The notes: generated by a model from the sequence alone, not told the origin. A DNA stretch of 63,503 nucleotides, filler included, from Octopus bimaculoides (GCF_001194135.2; 9 parts of 8 records of this genome joined end to end with filler, not necessarily neighbours in it); one strand, 5' to 3'. Shown: positions 26,551 through 41,716, counted from the whole stretch's first letter. Made by a program: numbers and translations.

Positions 26551-27699
26551 NNNNNNNNNNNNNNNNNNNNNNNNNNNNNNNNNNNNNNNNNNNNNNNNNN
26601 NNNNNNNNNNNNNNNNNNNNNNNNNNNNNNNNNNNNNNNNNNNNNNNNNNNNNNNNNNNNNNNNNNNNNNNNNNNNNNNNNNNNNNNNNNNNNNNNNNNN
26701 NNNNNNNNNNNNNNNNNNNNNNNNNNNNNNNNNNNNNNNNNNNNNNNNNNNNNNNNNNNNNNNNNNNNNNNNNNNNNNNNNNNNNNNNNNNNNNNNNNNN
26801 NNNNNNNNNNNNNNNNNNNNNNNNNNNNNNNNNNNNNNNNNNNNNNNNNNNNNNNNNNNNNNNNNNNNNNNNNNNNNNNNNNNNNNNNNNNNNNNNNNNN
26901 NNNNNNNNNNNNNNNNNNNTTCTAGAACAGATACAGACACTTGCAGCATAATTGACGTCAGTAGAAGATTCTAGTGGTTTTGTCTATGAAGAAGAGTGCT
27001 TGTGAGTGAGAGTGAATATGTTAGGTGGGTGGCCTACTTTTCCTTTTAAAAATAAAAAAAAACAACTGCGGTCCAAAATGGCCGCTTATAATATGCAGTT
27101 TAACAGCCATCTTAAATCTAGTATAAAAGAAATCAAAACTGTAATTATTGCATCACAAGTCGTTACTTTCTACGAAAGATCTAAAAAACCTGCGCAAAAA
27201 GAGATTTTTATTCAAAATTATGTAACTTTAGATAAAGTATAAGGCCATTACTAGAATAAATTATTGCTGCTTAGCTTTAACCAATGTCCCTATTAATATT
27301 CAGGTAACGTTTGTAATAATAAACTTAACGTCTGGACCCTCATTACTATATCATTATTTTGATAAAATATTAACGAGAATTTCTTCATCGGAAAAGCTAT
27401 CGCATATTTCAAATGTTTAAGAGCACATTTTATTTCCATGTGGATAGTAGATGGAGGGGAATGGCGGCGTGGGCGGGGGTGGCAAGCGATTAATCATCAA
27501 ACGTTTCGATGTAAAATACGAGGTAAAGCTTGTTTTTTTTTTCCTCTTTTTTTTTATAGGTATAATGACAAACCACTTTCACTTTCCTTAATATTTAAAA
27601 GGTCAACTTCCTGTGATGATATATAAATACTTTATTGTTATTATTAGTATTATCATAGTCATCATCATCATTATAATCATCCTCCTCATCATATTCATT

Positions 27700-27707
27700 A
27701 CCACTCT

Positions 27708-27780
<73 letters not shown>

Positions 27781-27858
27781 CATTATTAGTTTACGAAACT
27801 GGATATGATTATAGTCATAATTATGCTAATGAAGACATTATTCAAACTGCCATTACTG

Positions 27859-27905
<47 letters not shown>

Positions 27906-28083
27906 GTTGCTGCTGCTGCTGCTGCTACTGCTGCTACTATTCAAATGTTTCCACAACTGCTGCAGCTATTATTACCATCACTACCACCACCAACACCATC
28001 ACTCCTATCACAAATACTACCACAACTGTTACAAGAACAACCACCACCACTACCACCACCACTACCACCAACACCATCACTAG

Positions 28084-28132
<49 letters not shown>
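27700..28132. repeat. Compound microsatellite (ATT)n, (CTA)n, (CTG)n, (CAC/CCA)n
   Basis: Directly visible. Confidence 0.85.
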
Positions 28133-28510
28133 GCCAGAATTAAAATTTTGGAAAGAATACAATCAAGATTCTTTGAATACTTAACCATTTTTAAAAAAAA
28201 TCTCTGCATGTAATTAAGTGTCACAAATAAACTAAAACGCAACGTGTTTCTTTTTTTTCTTTTACATCACCTTTTCTTTTTCTTTTTCTTTTTTTTCAGA
28301 AACTATAGTTTATTTTAAATTATCTCTACATTACCGAATTTCCTCGAAAACTATGATACTTAATAGCTTGCACTTAAAGATTTGAATATACATACATACA
28401 TACATACATACATACACACACACAAATACATACATACATACATACATACATACATACATACACACATACCTACATGTATATATAAATATACCGATATATA
28501 TACGTGTATG

Positions 28511-28542
<32 letters not shown>

Positions 28543-29164
28543 CACACGCAGATATGTATATGTACACATATGTACGCATGTATATACCCATATATATATA
28601 TTCTTATACATGCATATATACATATATACGTATACATATATAGATACTTGTATATATATATATATGGGAGAATATACAAATAATAACAACAGACGAGGAC
28701 AGGTGGTGTAAATAACAAAAGGATATATTAGTATGACGCTAGGGAATACGGAAAGTCTTTGACGTTTCGAGCTAAACTACATACACACATACATACATGC
28801 ATACATACACACGAACACACACATACTTATATATATGTATGTATGTATGTATGTAAGTATGTATGTATGTATGTACTTACAATGATTTTCTGATTGGCAT
28901 AGATGTCAATGAATAAATTATGTCAACAAGAATTATCGACAATTCAGTCTATCAAACGCAGGTACACAATCACAGCATGATACCGAAGCGTGTACGAACG
29001 AATAGTTGAGATTATACCTTCAGACACCAGCTGGATATATTTGTATAGACTCTGTTGAACCATCTAATGTATCTCACAGTTGAATGTTCATAATAATAAT
29101 TAAAATTTTCTTCTCAAATTAATTATCTATATTTTGTTGCATTCTTACAAATGCTTTCTGAGAA

Positions 29165-29480
29165 GGTACTTGGCTTAGTGGCTAGAGTGTTCGGCTCACG
29201 ATCATAAAGTCATGATTTCGTTTCCGGTGGTGTATTGTATCCTTGAGCAAGACACTTTATTTCACGTTACTTCAGTCTATTCAGATGGCAAAAATAAGTT
29301 GTACCTGTATTACAAAAAGGGTCATCCTTACGTTCTGTGTCACACTGAATCTCCCTGAGAGCTACGTTAAGGGCCCGCGCATCTGTGGACTGCTCAGTCG
29401 CTTGCACGTTAATTGCACGAGCATGCTGTTCGGTTGATCGTATCAACTGGGACCTTCGTCGTCGTAACCGACGGAGAGTC
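29165..29480 (+). mobile_element. SINE family C
   Basis: tggcttagtggctagagtgttcggctcacg...ccttgagcaagacacttta...gagctacgttaaggg. Confidence 0.65.
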
Positions 29481-29539
29481 AAGCCAATTATTTTAACTTA
29501 CAGCACACGGTCTCTCTTTTACCCTCTCGTTATGTCACA

Positions 29540-31119
29540 AATTTGTTCTTATTACAGTTACCTTCTCTCTCTCACACACATTCACACACACACACACACA
29601 TACACACACACACACACGCATACTATTTCTCTTACTCTCTTTCTCTCTCACTTTGTCTCTCTTTCTCTCTCATTCTCTCCTTTTTTGTCTCTCCCCCTCT
29701 TTCTCACTCTCTCCTTTTTTGTCTGCCCCACCCCCCTCTCTCTCTCTCTCTCTCGGTCTTTGATATTTTCCAGTTCATTCTGACATGTCTCTTCTGAATC
29801 TTTTTATCTTCCTTTTCTATGTCTCCCTTCGTCCTTCTCCTCTCCCCTCTCTTCCTCTATCTACTCAGCCTTCTCCTCCTCCACTTCCTCCTCCTTCACT
29901 TTCACCTCTTTGTTTNNNNNNNNNNNNNNNNNNNNNNNNNNNNNNNNNNNNNNNNNNNNNNNNNNNNNNNNNNNNNNNNNNNNNNNNNNNNNNNNNNNNN
30001 NNNNNNNNNNNNNNNNNNNNNNNNNNNNNNNNNNNNNNNNNNNNNNNNNNNNNNNNNNNNNNNNNNNNNNNNNNNNNNNNNNNNNNNNCTTCCCCCTCCT
30101 CCTGTTCACCCTCCACTTCCTCATCTTCCCCTCCTCTTTCTCCCTCTCTTCCTCTCTTCCACTTTCTTCCTCATCTTCCACGCTCTTCTCTTCCGCCTCT
30201 TCTTCCACGTTCTTCTCCTCTTCTTCTTCTTCCTCCTCTTACTCCTCCTCCTCCTCTTCTTCCACGTTCTTCTCCACCTCCTCTTCTTCCTTCTCTTACT
30301 CCTCCTCCTCATATGCCACTTTATTTTTCTCGGATTTCCCATAATCACTATTAATTTCTTCGATCTTTTGTATCACCTTTACCATACTCCATTCGCTCCA
30401 CGTTTTCTCTCCCTCTTTATCATCTATACATCTCTCTCTCTCTCTCTCTCTCTTTCTCACTCCCTAGTTTCTCTTTCTCCTTCAATGTCTCTCTGCCTTT
30501 CTTCTTCCTCATTTCTCTCCAACCGTCCTTCTGTTTTAAGTTATTTCTTCTCTTTTGCTTTATTTTAAACAGTTTCTTTCCACTGTCAGTAAATCTACCA
30601 GCAAAACACACGCACATCCATTGCAAAAAGAAAAAAAAAAGAATATTTAAGAAACAAACATTATAAGAATAAGAACGACAATGGGAGAAACAACAAACGA
30701 ACGAAAAGAAAGGAAAAAAAATATATAAATAAACAAAAATGAAATTCCCACGTTAGGACAGCAACAACAACAACAACAACAACAACAACATAAACTAGTA
30801 GAAGATAAACAACAACATTAAATAACAAAAAGTAACAACATAGAAACAATATAAATAAAGAAAAGAAGAAACACGGCAATAGTAGCGAAATATCGGCATA
30901 AAACATGAAAACACCACCAGAATAACACACACATGCACACACACATAAACACACCACACGGACATATATAAGCATATGTATATACATATATATATATGTG
31001 TGTGTGTGTGTATAAGTGTATATATGTGTATATATTGTATACACATAAATATGTATATATGAATACATGCATATATATATGTATGTATATATATATATAT
31101 GTGTATATGTATATATGTA

Positions 31120-31191
<72 letters not shown>

Positions 31192-31880
31192 TATATATGC
31201 ATATAGATATATATGCATATGCACATATGTATGCGCGTGCGTTTGTTTGTGTGTGTGTGTGTGTATTGAGAAAAACAGGAAGAGAGAATGGAGAAAGAAA
31301 CGTAGAAAAGAAAGAGAAAACCAGAGACCGAATGGGAGGGAGAGAGAGAGAGAGAGAGAGAGCAATAACGGCAGAGTGAGAAAACGTGATAGGGAGTGAG
31401 AAGGGAGATAGATAGAAAGAGACATAGAGGGAGAGAGAGAAAGAGAGATAGAGAGAGAGAGAAAGAGAGAGAAAGAAAGAGAGAGAAAGATAGAGAGAGA
31501 AAGATAGAGAGAGAAATACAAGCACAAATTTCAAAGCCTCGTCTTTATCATTGTTATAACCAACTCTAACTCTTCCAACAAATACAAGAAGAAGAAGAAG
31601 AAGAAGAAGAAGAAGAAGAAGAAAAAGAAGAAGAAGAAGAAGAAGAAGAAGAAGAAAAGAACAACAACAACAACAACAATAACAACAAGGTTGAGGAGGA
31701 CAAAGGTTGGAAGAGGACGACGGCTGGAAGAAGGGTGAAAGGAAGAGGAAGAGGAGGAGGAGGAGACGGGTAGAGGAGATGAAGAGGGGAGAGGTAAGAT
31801 GAGGGAGAAGAGAGAGGAGAGGAGAAGAGATGATGATGATGATGATGATGATGAGGGAGGAGAAGGAGGACGAGGAGGAG
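29540..31880. repeat. Low-complexity block: pyrimidine-rich (CT/CTT/CCT), then purine-rich (GA, AAG, GAG) tracts
   Basis: Directly visible strand-biased tracts. Confidence 0.75.
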
Positions 31881-32527
31881 GAAGAAAGGAGGTGGGTGAG
31901 AAGGATTACCACCATTGCAACTATAACAATAACGACAATAATATCAACAACTGCAATATGAACAGGAGTTAAAACAGCCATATTGTAATCAACAAATGAT
32001 TCCAAAAATAAATTTAAAAGACCAAGAATGTCGAAGATAAAAATGCTTGTGTATTTGTTTGGTCTTCGGTCTTGGTTTTGTTGTGCTTGTTTATTTGTTG
32101 GCTTGTTTGTTTGTTTATTGGTTTATTGGTTTGTTTGTTTGGTGCTTTGTTTCCTGTCCAATGCAAAAAAAAAGAAAAGAAAAGAAGCAAAGCCTTTCTC
32201 TCACGTTTTACGGTGAAGTGTCGTAAAACAAAGCAGTCCACAATAGTGGAATGTCGTAGTGGAATGAAGTGGGTTGATCGTCAGTGCTCGGAAGATAAGA
32301 CGTGAAGTACCACTCGAAATTCGAAAAGGGAATACGGATAAAAAAAACAAAAAAAAACAAGAAAATTATTTAAAAAAAAGAAAACACGCGCGCGTGCGCA
32401 CACGCGCACATATAAAAAAAAAACATGCACGCACTCACATCGAGAAAGCGTGGTTTTGTTTGTTTGCGTTTTGATTGCTGGTTTATTGAGTTTGTTGACG
32501 CAGTTGTTATTGTCATCTGTCTTTACG

Positions 32528-32572
<45 letters not shown>

Positions 32573-33111
32573 CTTACTGTGTAACACGTTCATCACTTCC
32601 TGAAATATTATTGTGTTTATTTTACGTATTAATTTTTATATCCCCAGTTTATTTTATTTTATTTTATTTTATTTTATTTCATTTTATAGCACTTGAGCCG
32701 TGATTGCTACAAGTTTTATTGTTTCACTCCCATCATGTTTAACACAAACCAGCGAATCGTACATATTCAAGTAAACGCAACAAGAGCGAACACAGGCACT
32801 TGGTTAAAGATGGTAGTTGGAAGAAGAAGAAGAAGAAGAAGAAGAAGTGATTTCAGATGTGGTTACCACAAACATCATGCAAACAAAACTGAATTCCCAG
32901 CGATGCTGGCCTGTGTGCTATTGTAAGCCTTTGTGTGTAAATTGTCAATATGCATGGCCATACGAACATATATATGTATGTATATGTAGTATGTAAGACT
33001 TGTACCAATAGTATCTGACTGTATGTATATACGCATACATGTATGTTGATCGTATGTATGTATAGTATTTATTCTTTTATTCTTTTGCTTGTTTCAATCA
33101 TTTGACTGCGG

Positions 33112-33475
33112 TACTTAATTTATCGACCCCGAAAGGATGAAAGGCAAAGTTGACCTCGGCGGAATTTGAACTCAGAACGAAAAGACGGACGAAATACCGT
33201 CAAGCATTTCGCCTGGCGTGCTAACGTTTCTTATTTCTTTACTGCACACAAGGGGTTACACACAGAGGGGACAAACAAAGACAGACAAATGGATTAAGTC
33301 GATTACATCGACCCCAGTGTTTCACTGGTACTTATTTAATCACCCCGAAAGGATGAAAAGCAAAGTCGACCTCAGCGGAATTTGAACTCAGAATGTAAAC
33401 ACAGACGAAAGTACTGCCAAGCATTTCGCCCGGCGTGCTAACGTTTCTGCTAGCTCACCGCCTTCAGAAACCTGC
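33112..33475 (-). mobile_element. SINE family B, two tandem pieces
   Basis: atcgaccccgaaaggatgaaaggcaaagt.gacctc.gcggaatttgaactcagaa occurs twice; also at 5563-5641, 25085-25215 and 36421-36628. Confidence 0.75.
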
Positions 33476-34786
33476 CATCTTAAAGGAAGAAAGAGAACGT
33501 TAAGTAATGTAATGGATTAATCAGAGTACAAATGACGGCTCCCATGATTCCTTTTCAGCGTTTGCAAGACAGATGAGAGGAAAAGAGCAAGAAAATCGTC
33601 CTCAGACTTAGCAGTTGCTCAGAATAAGTGCAGCCGAAAGGACTCCACTCAAAGCACTCAACGTTCACGTGGTGGTGTTAAACTGGACTGTAGATTACAT
33701 CAACCATCCATGTAGGTCCCGTCTACCAATAATCCCTAATAGGTTAGGCTAAGTCAAGTTTATGTTATAAGACATTTCTGCATAAATGCCGCAGAGTGGA
33801 ATCGATCCCGTTACCACGTGATCGCAAAATGAACTTTTAAAATTACATATAAACGTGAAGATACGTTTGTATACTGCAAATACATGACAAATGTAAGCAG
33901 TAACTCTAAATAATATGACACTTTTATCTTTGTAATTTCATGTAATGCTAAACGCTGTAATCAATGACCAAATAATTCGATTCTGAACATTAAATACGAA
34001 ATTTCAAACTAGATAAAGCTTGGAGATAAAGACGGAAACCAACTCTGTGCTAACTCATTCGGCTATTTAACTCGAACCGATTCCTACTATGTTAAAACTA
34101 AGAGAATTTCATAATATCTGTTACGGCAGTAAAATCGTTATAATGAAAGACTAGTATAGATGTCGAGTGAGGGTGGTGGGGCTTTATATTGAAACATCTA
34201 ATTGACTGCTGTACATTAAATTAAGGCGATGAGCTACCTCTCATAAATTCACAACCAGCAGAATAGAAATTAAGCAACGGTAATATATTTGGCATGTGAT
34301 TCGTTAAACTATCGAAACAAATTGTTTATATGAATGATAACCTGCATCGTCTACCTTATCGCTGTCCAATATTTTAATTCCAGTGTCAAGTAAACTAGGA
34401 ATGACTCAGTTCTCTCCCTTGTAGTTCGAGCTTAAAACTTCACAAGCTTACAAAAGTCTCTTCGTTTTATATATTTCAAAACAAGTGTAAGCAAATTCTT
34501 GTTAATGCATAAATTAACGTTAGAGAATGTCATCAAAATTGAAGCCTTCGAGAATGTTTGGAGATCTTTTTTTTTTCTTTTTCAAAAGTAATTCTACAAT
34601 TACTGTGATGTACAGCATTCCAAGAATAAACAGTTCTTTTGTGATTTCTGAGAATATATTCTCAACTTCAAATTTTACATAATGTTTAACATACTTCATG
34701 TTAATCATCAACCGTGACGAAAAAAATCCCTAGTTTATTGCATAGCAATGAATATATTTCAGTAAGCTAATATTTCTCAGGTAAGA

Positions 34787-34990
34787 GGCCACGACCTGGC
34801 TGAATTGTAAGCACGCTACGCAAAAAGCTTAGCTTTAGGTTCTGAGGTCAAATCTGGCCGAGGTCGATTTTTACTTGTCTTCCTTTCAGAGTCGATAAAA
34901 TAAGCGTCATTTAAGTACTGAGGTCGATGTAATCGACTTACCACTACCCTCAAAGTTGCTGGCCTTGTGCCAAAATTTGGAATCAATATA
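34787..34990 (+). mobile_element. SINE family B
   Basis: gttctgaggtcaaatctggccgaggtcgattt...gtcgataaaataag...ggtcgatgtaatcgactta. Confidence 0.65.
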
Positions 34991-35334
34991 CTTCAGAATA
35001 AACTTATTCCTTATTCCCACCTTATCAAAAGTGTTCCAGACATAAAATGGACAACGTATTAATTAAATATTCTGGTAACTGATAGCTGCTCATCCTGTTA
35101 TAAGCTACGTGAAGAACCTGGATCATTATAAACATTCTATTATATTTAATTCCAATCATTAAAACATTAATAATTGCTAAATTACGTATCAGTTTCCATT
35201 GAGAATTAGCTGAACAGTTGGTATAATTATTCGTCAACCCATGATCAAACTAGTGAAGTGAGTAGAAACAAATATAAATCTATTCTGCTCCTTAGAGATT
35301 TAATGTGTTTCGCAAACACTAAGCTCCACTAAGG

Positions 35335-35596
35335 CAGTGATTTCCAACCGGGATCTGTATGGCTTTGTGGGGTCCATATGAGATTTTGTTATCAAAATTT
35401 ATGTGAAATAAATTGTTTATATTTTTGCGATACACAAAATATTTTAACAATTTTATTAATGCAATTCCTAGTAATATTTAATTACAAAAATACAGTAGGA
35501 TTTCTTTAAATGCCTCGAATGGTTATGGAGGTCCGATAGAGTAAAACGGTAATAAAAGAGATCCATATGCAAAAAAAAAATGGTTGGGAACCACTG
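35335..35596. mobile_element. hAT-type MITE, 262 bp
   Basis: TIRs CAGTGATTTCCAACC / GGTTGGGAACCACTG (13/15); 8-bp flanks only partly match. Confidence 0.65.
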
Positions 35597-36721
35597 CATT
35601 AGCCTTTCCTTCGATTCTCTAATTTATACGGCACTGCTATAATTATGCACTGATGTATATTTATATCAGTTCACTGCGGGGGATCACTATGGGAATAAAT
35701 GATGCTACAATTCATTTAAAGAACCATTGCTGCTTTCGTAACTGTTAACTCAACGAGCCAAAAATACTGCGAAAAACAACAGCCATATATTCCTCGAATT
35801 TAATTTTACAGTCTTAAAGTAAGAAAAAATGCGCTAGATAATGCTATCCTAGATGCAATAACTCTGAAGAATATGGTAGATGGAAACTGTGTGGAAGCCC
35901 GTTGTAAATGTGTATGTGTATGTGTATGCATGCACGTGTTTGTCTTCTTTCTCCCACCGCTTGACACTCGGCTTTGGTTTGTTTACCTCCCCATAACTTA
36001 GCGGACCGGCCAAAGAGACCGGCAGAATAAGTAACAAGCTTAAAAAGAGAATACGAGGTGGTGCTGAAAAGTTCCTGACTTTGGGTAAAAGGAAATATAG
36101 GAGTCCGGGTATTCAAACGGATTTTTGCTCAGTTTCCATTGCGCATAAATGGCCGAGATCACCCCCATACTTTCCTGAAAGGGACGCTTGTCTGTTGCAG
36201 GGTTGCTTATTTACATTGGAGCAACGCGAAAGGAAGTACTTTGCCCGAGTACACAACTCACCGCTCGGTCCGAGAATCGAACTACGGTCTTGCAATCTTG
36301 AGTGCAACACTTAAGCATTTTGCTCCCTTATTGAATAGCTTCCTGGTATTGGCTTCGAATTTTGAAAGAAGGCCAGAAATTTCGTGGGAGGGNNNNNNNN
36401 NNNNNNNNNNNNNNNNNTTTTGTTAACCCCGAAGGAATGAAAGGCATAGGCGACTAGGCGGAATTTGAACCCAGAACGTAAAGGCAGACGAAATTCCGCT
36501 AAGCATTTTTCCCGGTGTGCTAACGACTCTGCCAGCTCGTCTCCATAATAGCTTTTAGGCATTAATTTCAAATTTTGGCGCAAGGCCAGCAATTTTGGTG
36601 GTGGGGCCGTAGTCGATCACATTGACCCCAGTCTCTAGTTCAATCTCTATTTTTTTTTACAGCTCTTCTTTCTCTGTCTCCATCTATCTATCTATCTATC
36701 TATCTATTTATCTATCTATCA

Positions 36722-36762
<41 letters not shown>

Positions 36763-38203
36763 GCTTGCTTGCTTCCTCGTTTATTCTTTCTGTTCCACTC
36801 TCTTATCCTCAGAGAACATCAACTTGATACAAACGGAAAATTCAGAGTAGCGACATCGTCTGATTTCAGGTCTGAATAACTGAATATACTCTACTGTACG
36901 TATTGAGTACTTGCCTCTTTCGTTTGTACACACAAGTGTGTGCGTCTGCAAACATATATATATATATGTACCTTCTTTCTCCCCCTCTCTCCTCCCTCTC
37001 TCACTATATATATATATATATATATATNNNNNNNNNNNNNNNNNNNNNNNNNNNNNNNNNNNNNNNNNNNNTTAATTAATTAANNNNNNNNNNNNNNNNN
37101 NNNNNNNNNNNNNNNNNNNNNNNNNNNTATATATATATATATATATATATATATTTCTATTCACACCACCATAACACCATAACTATCAACACACCCAACT
37201 CTGCAGCCATTTGACCGCCCACACACGTCCACTCTCTCTCTCTTCAACTACTCACACAATTCTATAACCACTCACACATATTAACAGCCACATTAGACTT
37301 CTACACAAATCTGCAGATACCAGAATCAACCAAACAGTTTTCATCACACTTCCCTCCCACATAGCTCTTCAGATTCCTTCCCCATTAACAGAATTTCCAT
37401 TACACCTATTCCCCTCATAACTCTGCAGCCATCCAAATAGCCCACTCATTTTTTCGGCCATTCTAACTACTGACACCACTTTGTCACTGAACACATATAT
37501 TGCAACAGCACGAGATCAGATACTTCGCTGATTGCTGTGACTCTCAGAATTACAAGAGCCTCAGATGAAACTGCTTGAACAGATCTGTTGCTTACAAAAC
37601 TGATTTCATAGTGTACAGAAAGCCTAGCAGAAAATTGTGGTTGCTAAAATTACCAGAATATCAAACCCCTTAGGGAGGCCCCTGGCTATTAGAATTTTCT
37701 AAATCTAACAATTAATTCTCTGCAGACCGCTATGACCATCAGAATAAATAGAGCTCTATCAGAATAGATAGAAATTGGTAACAAATGTCTGTTGTTATAT
37801 AACTGATAGAACCTTTGAAGAAATTCCTTGCAGTGACCTGTAACATTTGAAATTCGATTAGAGCCAGATTAAATACTTTGCAGAGAACAGCGGCTGTCAG
37901 GATTGCTAGAACCCTTGGGAAAATTCTTTGCAGAAGCCTGAAGATGTCAAATTTAGCAGCGCTCTCAACCCAATTCCGTGTCAAGATCTGTGGTAGCCGG
38001 ATTCGTGAATCCCTGTCTAGATTCCTTATGTCTGTGATTGCGGAAATTGGTTGCTTTCTAGACATAATTTTCTTTCAGTTTTAGTTTTCTAACGCTCTGA
38101 TATCAGATTCAGATGTCGACTCTTATTCTTCTGTTTACAGGATCGATAAAATAAGAGTATCAATCACGTACTTCGCTTATAAACTTTAGCTAAAATTAAA
38201 TAC

Positions 38204-38287
<84 letters not shown>

Positions 38288-38324
38288 CATTATTATTATT
38301 ATTATTATTATCATTATTATTATT

Positions 38325-38705
38325 AAGGCAAAATGCTTAGCGGTATTTCATCAGATTTTACGTTCTGAGTACCAATTCTGCCTAGGTCGAGTTTGCCTTT
38401 CATGCTTCGGGATCGATAAAATAAATACCAGTTGCGCACTGGAGTCGAGATAATCGATCTTTCCCTTCCCCCTAAACAATCAAGCTTCGTGCCTATAATA
38501 GAAAATGTTATTATTGTTATTAATATTATTATTAGAGTTGGCTGAATCGTAGGCGAATACGGGCGAAATTATTGACGGCATGTACTTTCTGAGTTCACAT
38601 TCCGCTGAAGTTAACCCTGCCTTTCAACATTTCGGGAACGATAAAATAAGTGCCAATTGAGCACTGGGGTCGATGTAATCAACTTACCCACCTACCCGGA
38701 AATTG
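38325..38705 (+). mobile_element. SINE family B, two copies
   Basis: Two diverged copies of the family B body. Confidence 0.65.
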
Positions 38706-39844
38706 TTGACTCTGATGCCAACAATCCTGATGCCAACTGGGTTTAACCAAATATATTGATAAAAAGATCATCAATATATATATTTATAAACAGTCTCATT
38801 AAATTAAGAAACCAATAAAAGAAAATGAAGAAGAAAAATTAAAAAAGATGCTTGGTTTGTTTTATTTGAAAAACTATCATTACTTTACACACTTACATGC
38901 TTTACACACTTACATACACACATGTATAAATAATATAAACAACGTGAAAGCGATGACAGTTTTTTTTCAAATCGTTGATTATATACTTTGATCTTAACTA
39001 AAATGCAATAGGCCATTAAAATAAAAAGATAATGTAAGTTTAAATTGTTGATAATTTAGAACTATGAAATACGAGTTTTCGTAAAAGCGAAAATAGAGAC
39101 CGTATCTCGAAATTAACTATATTTATAAGGATGGTAATCGTTCCCACAAAAATGTTGCTCTTCCCAGTACATGGGACGTACCATTTAAAACAAACTTTTG
39201 CACTCTTTGCAGGGATAGTAAGCCAAGGGTCATTCTCAAATAATTTTCAGTTTCTTTTTTATCATTGCTTGTGCTCCGACAATCATTGGTATTGTAACCG
39301 CCCTGAGATGCTACAATTTTCTTGATTTAGCTTAGCAATCTTTATATATTCTGAGCTTATCAAATTCTTTTACTGAAATATGTGCTTTACTGGAAAGTAT
39401 CCTCGGCACTCTTATCAAAAGCAAATTCCGTCCCGATATCGCATTCAGAATGGAGGGGGGAAAACCCCACCCCACACCCCCAAAAATCAAAGTGTAAGCA
39501 TAGAGCATTAGCAAGAGAGACGCACGATATAAGGTTATACCCACAAACCTGCGACCTTATAGAATGGACACATTTGGGCAATGCATTTCTAGGCAAACAA
39601 AATCACTGAACTATCACAGCAGGAGCCCCTTTTATAAGAGATTCTCTCAATCAAATTTATCATGGACTCAAACGAATGTCAGCAATTAGAAAAGGCACCA
39701 TTAGCCCTTATTTATGTCTTGTAAAAAAAATAATTGCATGTTTTTAGAAAGATAAACTAGCTGATTTCTTGATATTTGATATTTTTTTCATAATTACAAC
39801 CGAAATTTGTTAAAATACGTTAACATTGAAAACCCGGAAAACTG

Positions 39845-40024
39845 TTGAATGTTCACGATCGTAACAATTTTGTACAGTTCATATGTCACGAAGAAGGCAA
39901 AGGGCTATCGTTTTGTGATCTTATCATTCAACAGAGATCACAAAAAGACGAAATTGTTAATGGAGTAAAACGCAAGGCCGATTTTGCGACTGCTACTATT
40001 TTTCACTCATCATGGCGAACATAA
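39845..40024 (+). mobile_element. Penelope-like RT C-terminal remnant
   Basis: LNVHDRNNFVQFICHEEGKGLSFCDLIIQQ...GVKRKADFATATIFHSS, cf. PLE LN..HxNIQFTxExE...LxFLDxxI...VYRKxT...YLHxxS. Confidence 0.55.
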
Positions 40025-41208
40025 GATACTCCACAAAATCTGTTATATATATTCAATTATTTATATGGGGATATTTTTATGATGAAGATTATAAAATTCT
40101 CGGTAAGAAATATTTACAGAACCTAAGTTTTCAAACGTAATGATTGTGATTGCTTCACGGATGGAACGTCGTTCAGCATAGAACTATTAAACCAGGTCTG
40201 GTTCCATTCTTTTAAAATAGAAATTCTCCTGATTTCCGAAGTAAGATAAGCAAAGTATCTTCAATATAAAATTCTCTGTCATTTCGACTATTGTCTTCTT
40301 CAATTATGTATTTGTGATATCGTATGTTTATGTGTATCTGTACTTGTATGAGTCTGAATAGGTTTTGTGTAAGCGTCAAAGTCTACGCGCGTGCGCGCGT
40401 GTGTGTGCGTTTGCTTGTTTACTCTCTTCGGTGTCTCTGCTTGATTCGTAGTCTATATCACATTTTTTATTATTATTTTGAACACTATTCCTTAGTGACC
40501 AATATGTTATTTTATGATATTATATTATAACACTCAACAAAATCTGTCGCCAAGTTTTACTGAAACCACAAAACATTAAACCTTACACTGAAGAATCAAT
40601 AATTGACAGTATTGTCATCTCGCTGTCCCTCTTTGTCAGTATTATTGATATAAATTTAGACTTGCCAGTAAAACATAATACTATTACGATTATATTTATT
40701 TCTTCACTAAATATTTTGCTCGACTGGCAAATTTGTTTTGTTGATGAGAAATTACGACCAATGTTGGCTTCTATGTGTGTTTGTTCGTTATTGTTTTTTT
40801 TCTTGTTTGTTCGTGGTTGTTATTGCTTAGTCGGCGGCAACCTTTCTCTAACAAACGAATATCCACATGGTCTGTATGTTAGATTGGTTATAGCTTTTGT
40901 TGGTTTTTGTTGGTTTTTGTTTTTCAGATTAATTACTGTAGAAACGTGTAATATTTTTTGTTACCATTGAATTCACTGCAGGAATTTTGGGAAATTTGCC
41001 AATACGGAAAGATTATCATTGCACGTGGTGAATTTATTAAGTTCTGGTTATTAATAGGTGGCCAGTGAGATATGAGTGTGGATATATATATATATATATA
41101 TATATATANNNNNNNNNNNNNNNNNNNNNNNNNNNNNNNNNNNNNNNNNNNNTTAATTAATTAANNNNNNNNNNNNNNNNNNNNNNNNNNNNNNNNNNNN
41201 NNNNNNNN

Positions 41209-41435
41209 TAAAAGACACCATTTCGAGCGTGGCCGTTTTCGTGCGGGTGACACGTAAAAGCACCCACTACACTCTCTGAGTGGTTGGCGTTAGGAAGGGC
41301 ATCCAGCTGTAGAAACTCTGCCAATTCAGACTGGAGCCTGGTGTTGCCATCCGGTTTCACCAGTCCTCAGTCAAATCGTCCAACCCATGCTAGCATGGAA
41401 AGCGGACGTTAAATGATGATGATGATGATGATGAT
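41209..41435 (+). mobile_element. LINE (RTE-type) 3' end with (GAT)n tail
   Basis: ...ggaagggcatccagctgtagaaactctgcc...catgctagcatggaaagcggacgttaaa(tga)n; same family as 24853-25018 and 61758-61964. Confidence 0.7.
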
Positions 41436-41484
41436 ATATATATATATATATACATACGTACGTACGTACATACATACATACATA

Positions 41485-41656
41485 CAAGTCATTTGACCAT
41501 AGCCGTGCTGGAGTGCCACCTTTAATCGAACAAATTGTACCTAAGGCTTATTCTTTCTAAACCTAGTACTTATTCTATCGGTCTCTTTTGCTGAACTACT
41601 AAGTTATGAGGACATAGACACACCACCATCAGTTGTCAAGTGATGGTGGGGGACAA

Positions 41657-41716
<60 letters not shown>

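Noticed and set aside
29785-32005. Poly-S/L/E/R ORFs up to 395 aa
   Set aside because: Low-complexity purine/pyrimidine tracts with no domain or splice support
34200-35240. Hydrophobic minus-strand ORFs suggestive of a degenerate GPCR
   Set aside because: No diagnostic motif; AT-rich DNA readily gives hydrophobic translations
36052-36110. Possible mariner TIR (tacgaggtggtgctgaaaagttcctg)
   Set aside because: No partner TIR or transposase nearby; a lone fragment at most
37330-37375. Minus-strand CTGAAGA...GAAAAC as an intact hammerhead
   Set aside because: Helix I and II pairings could not be formed convincingly
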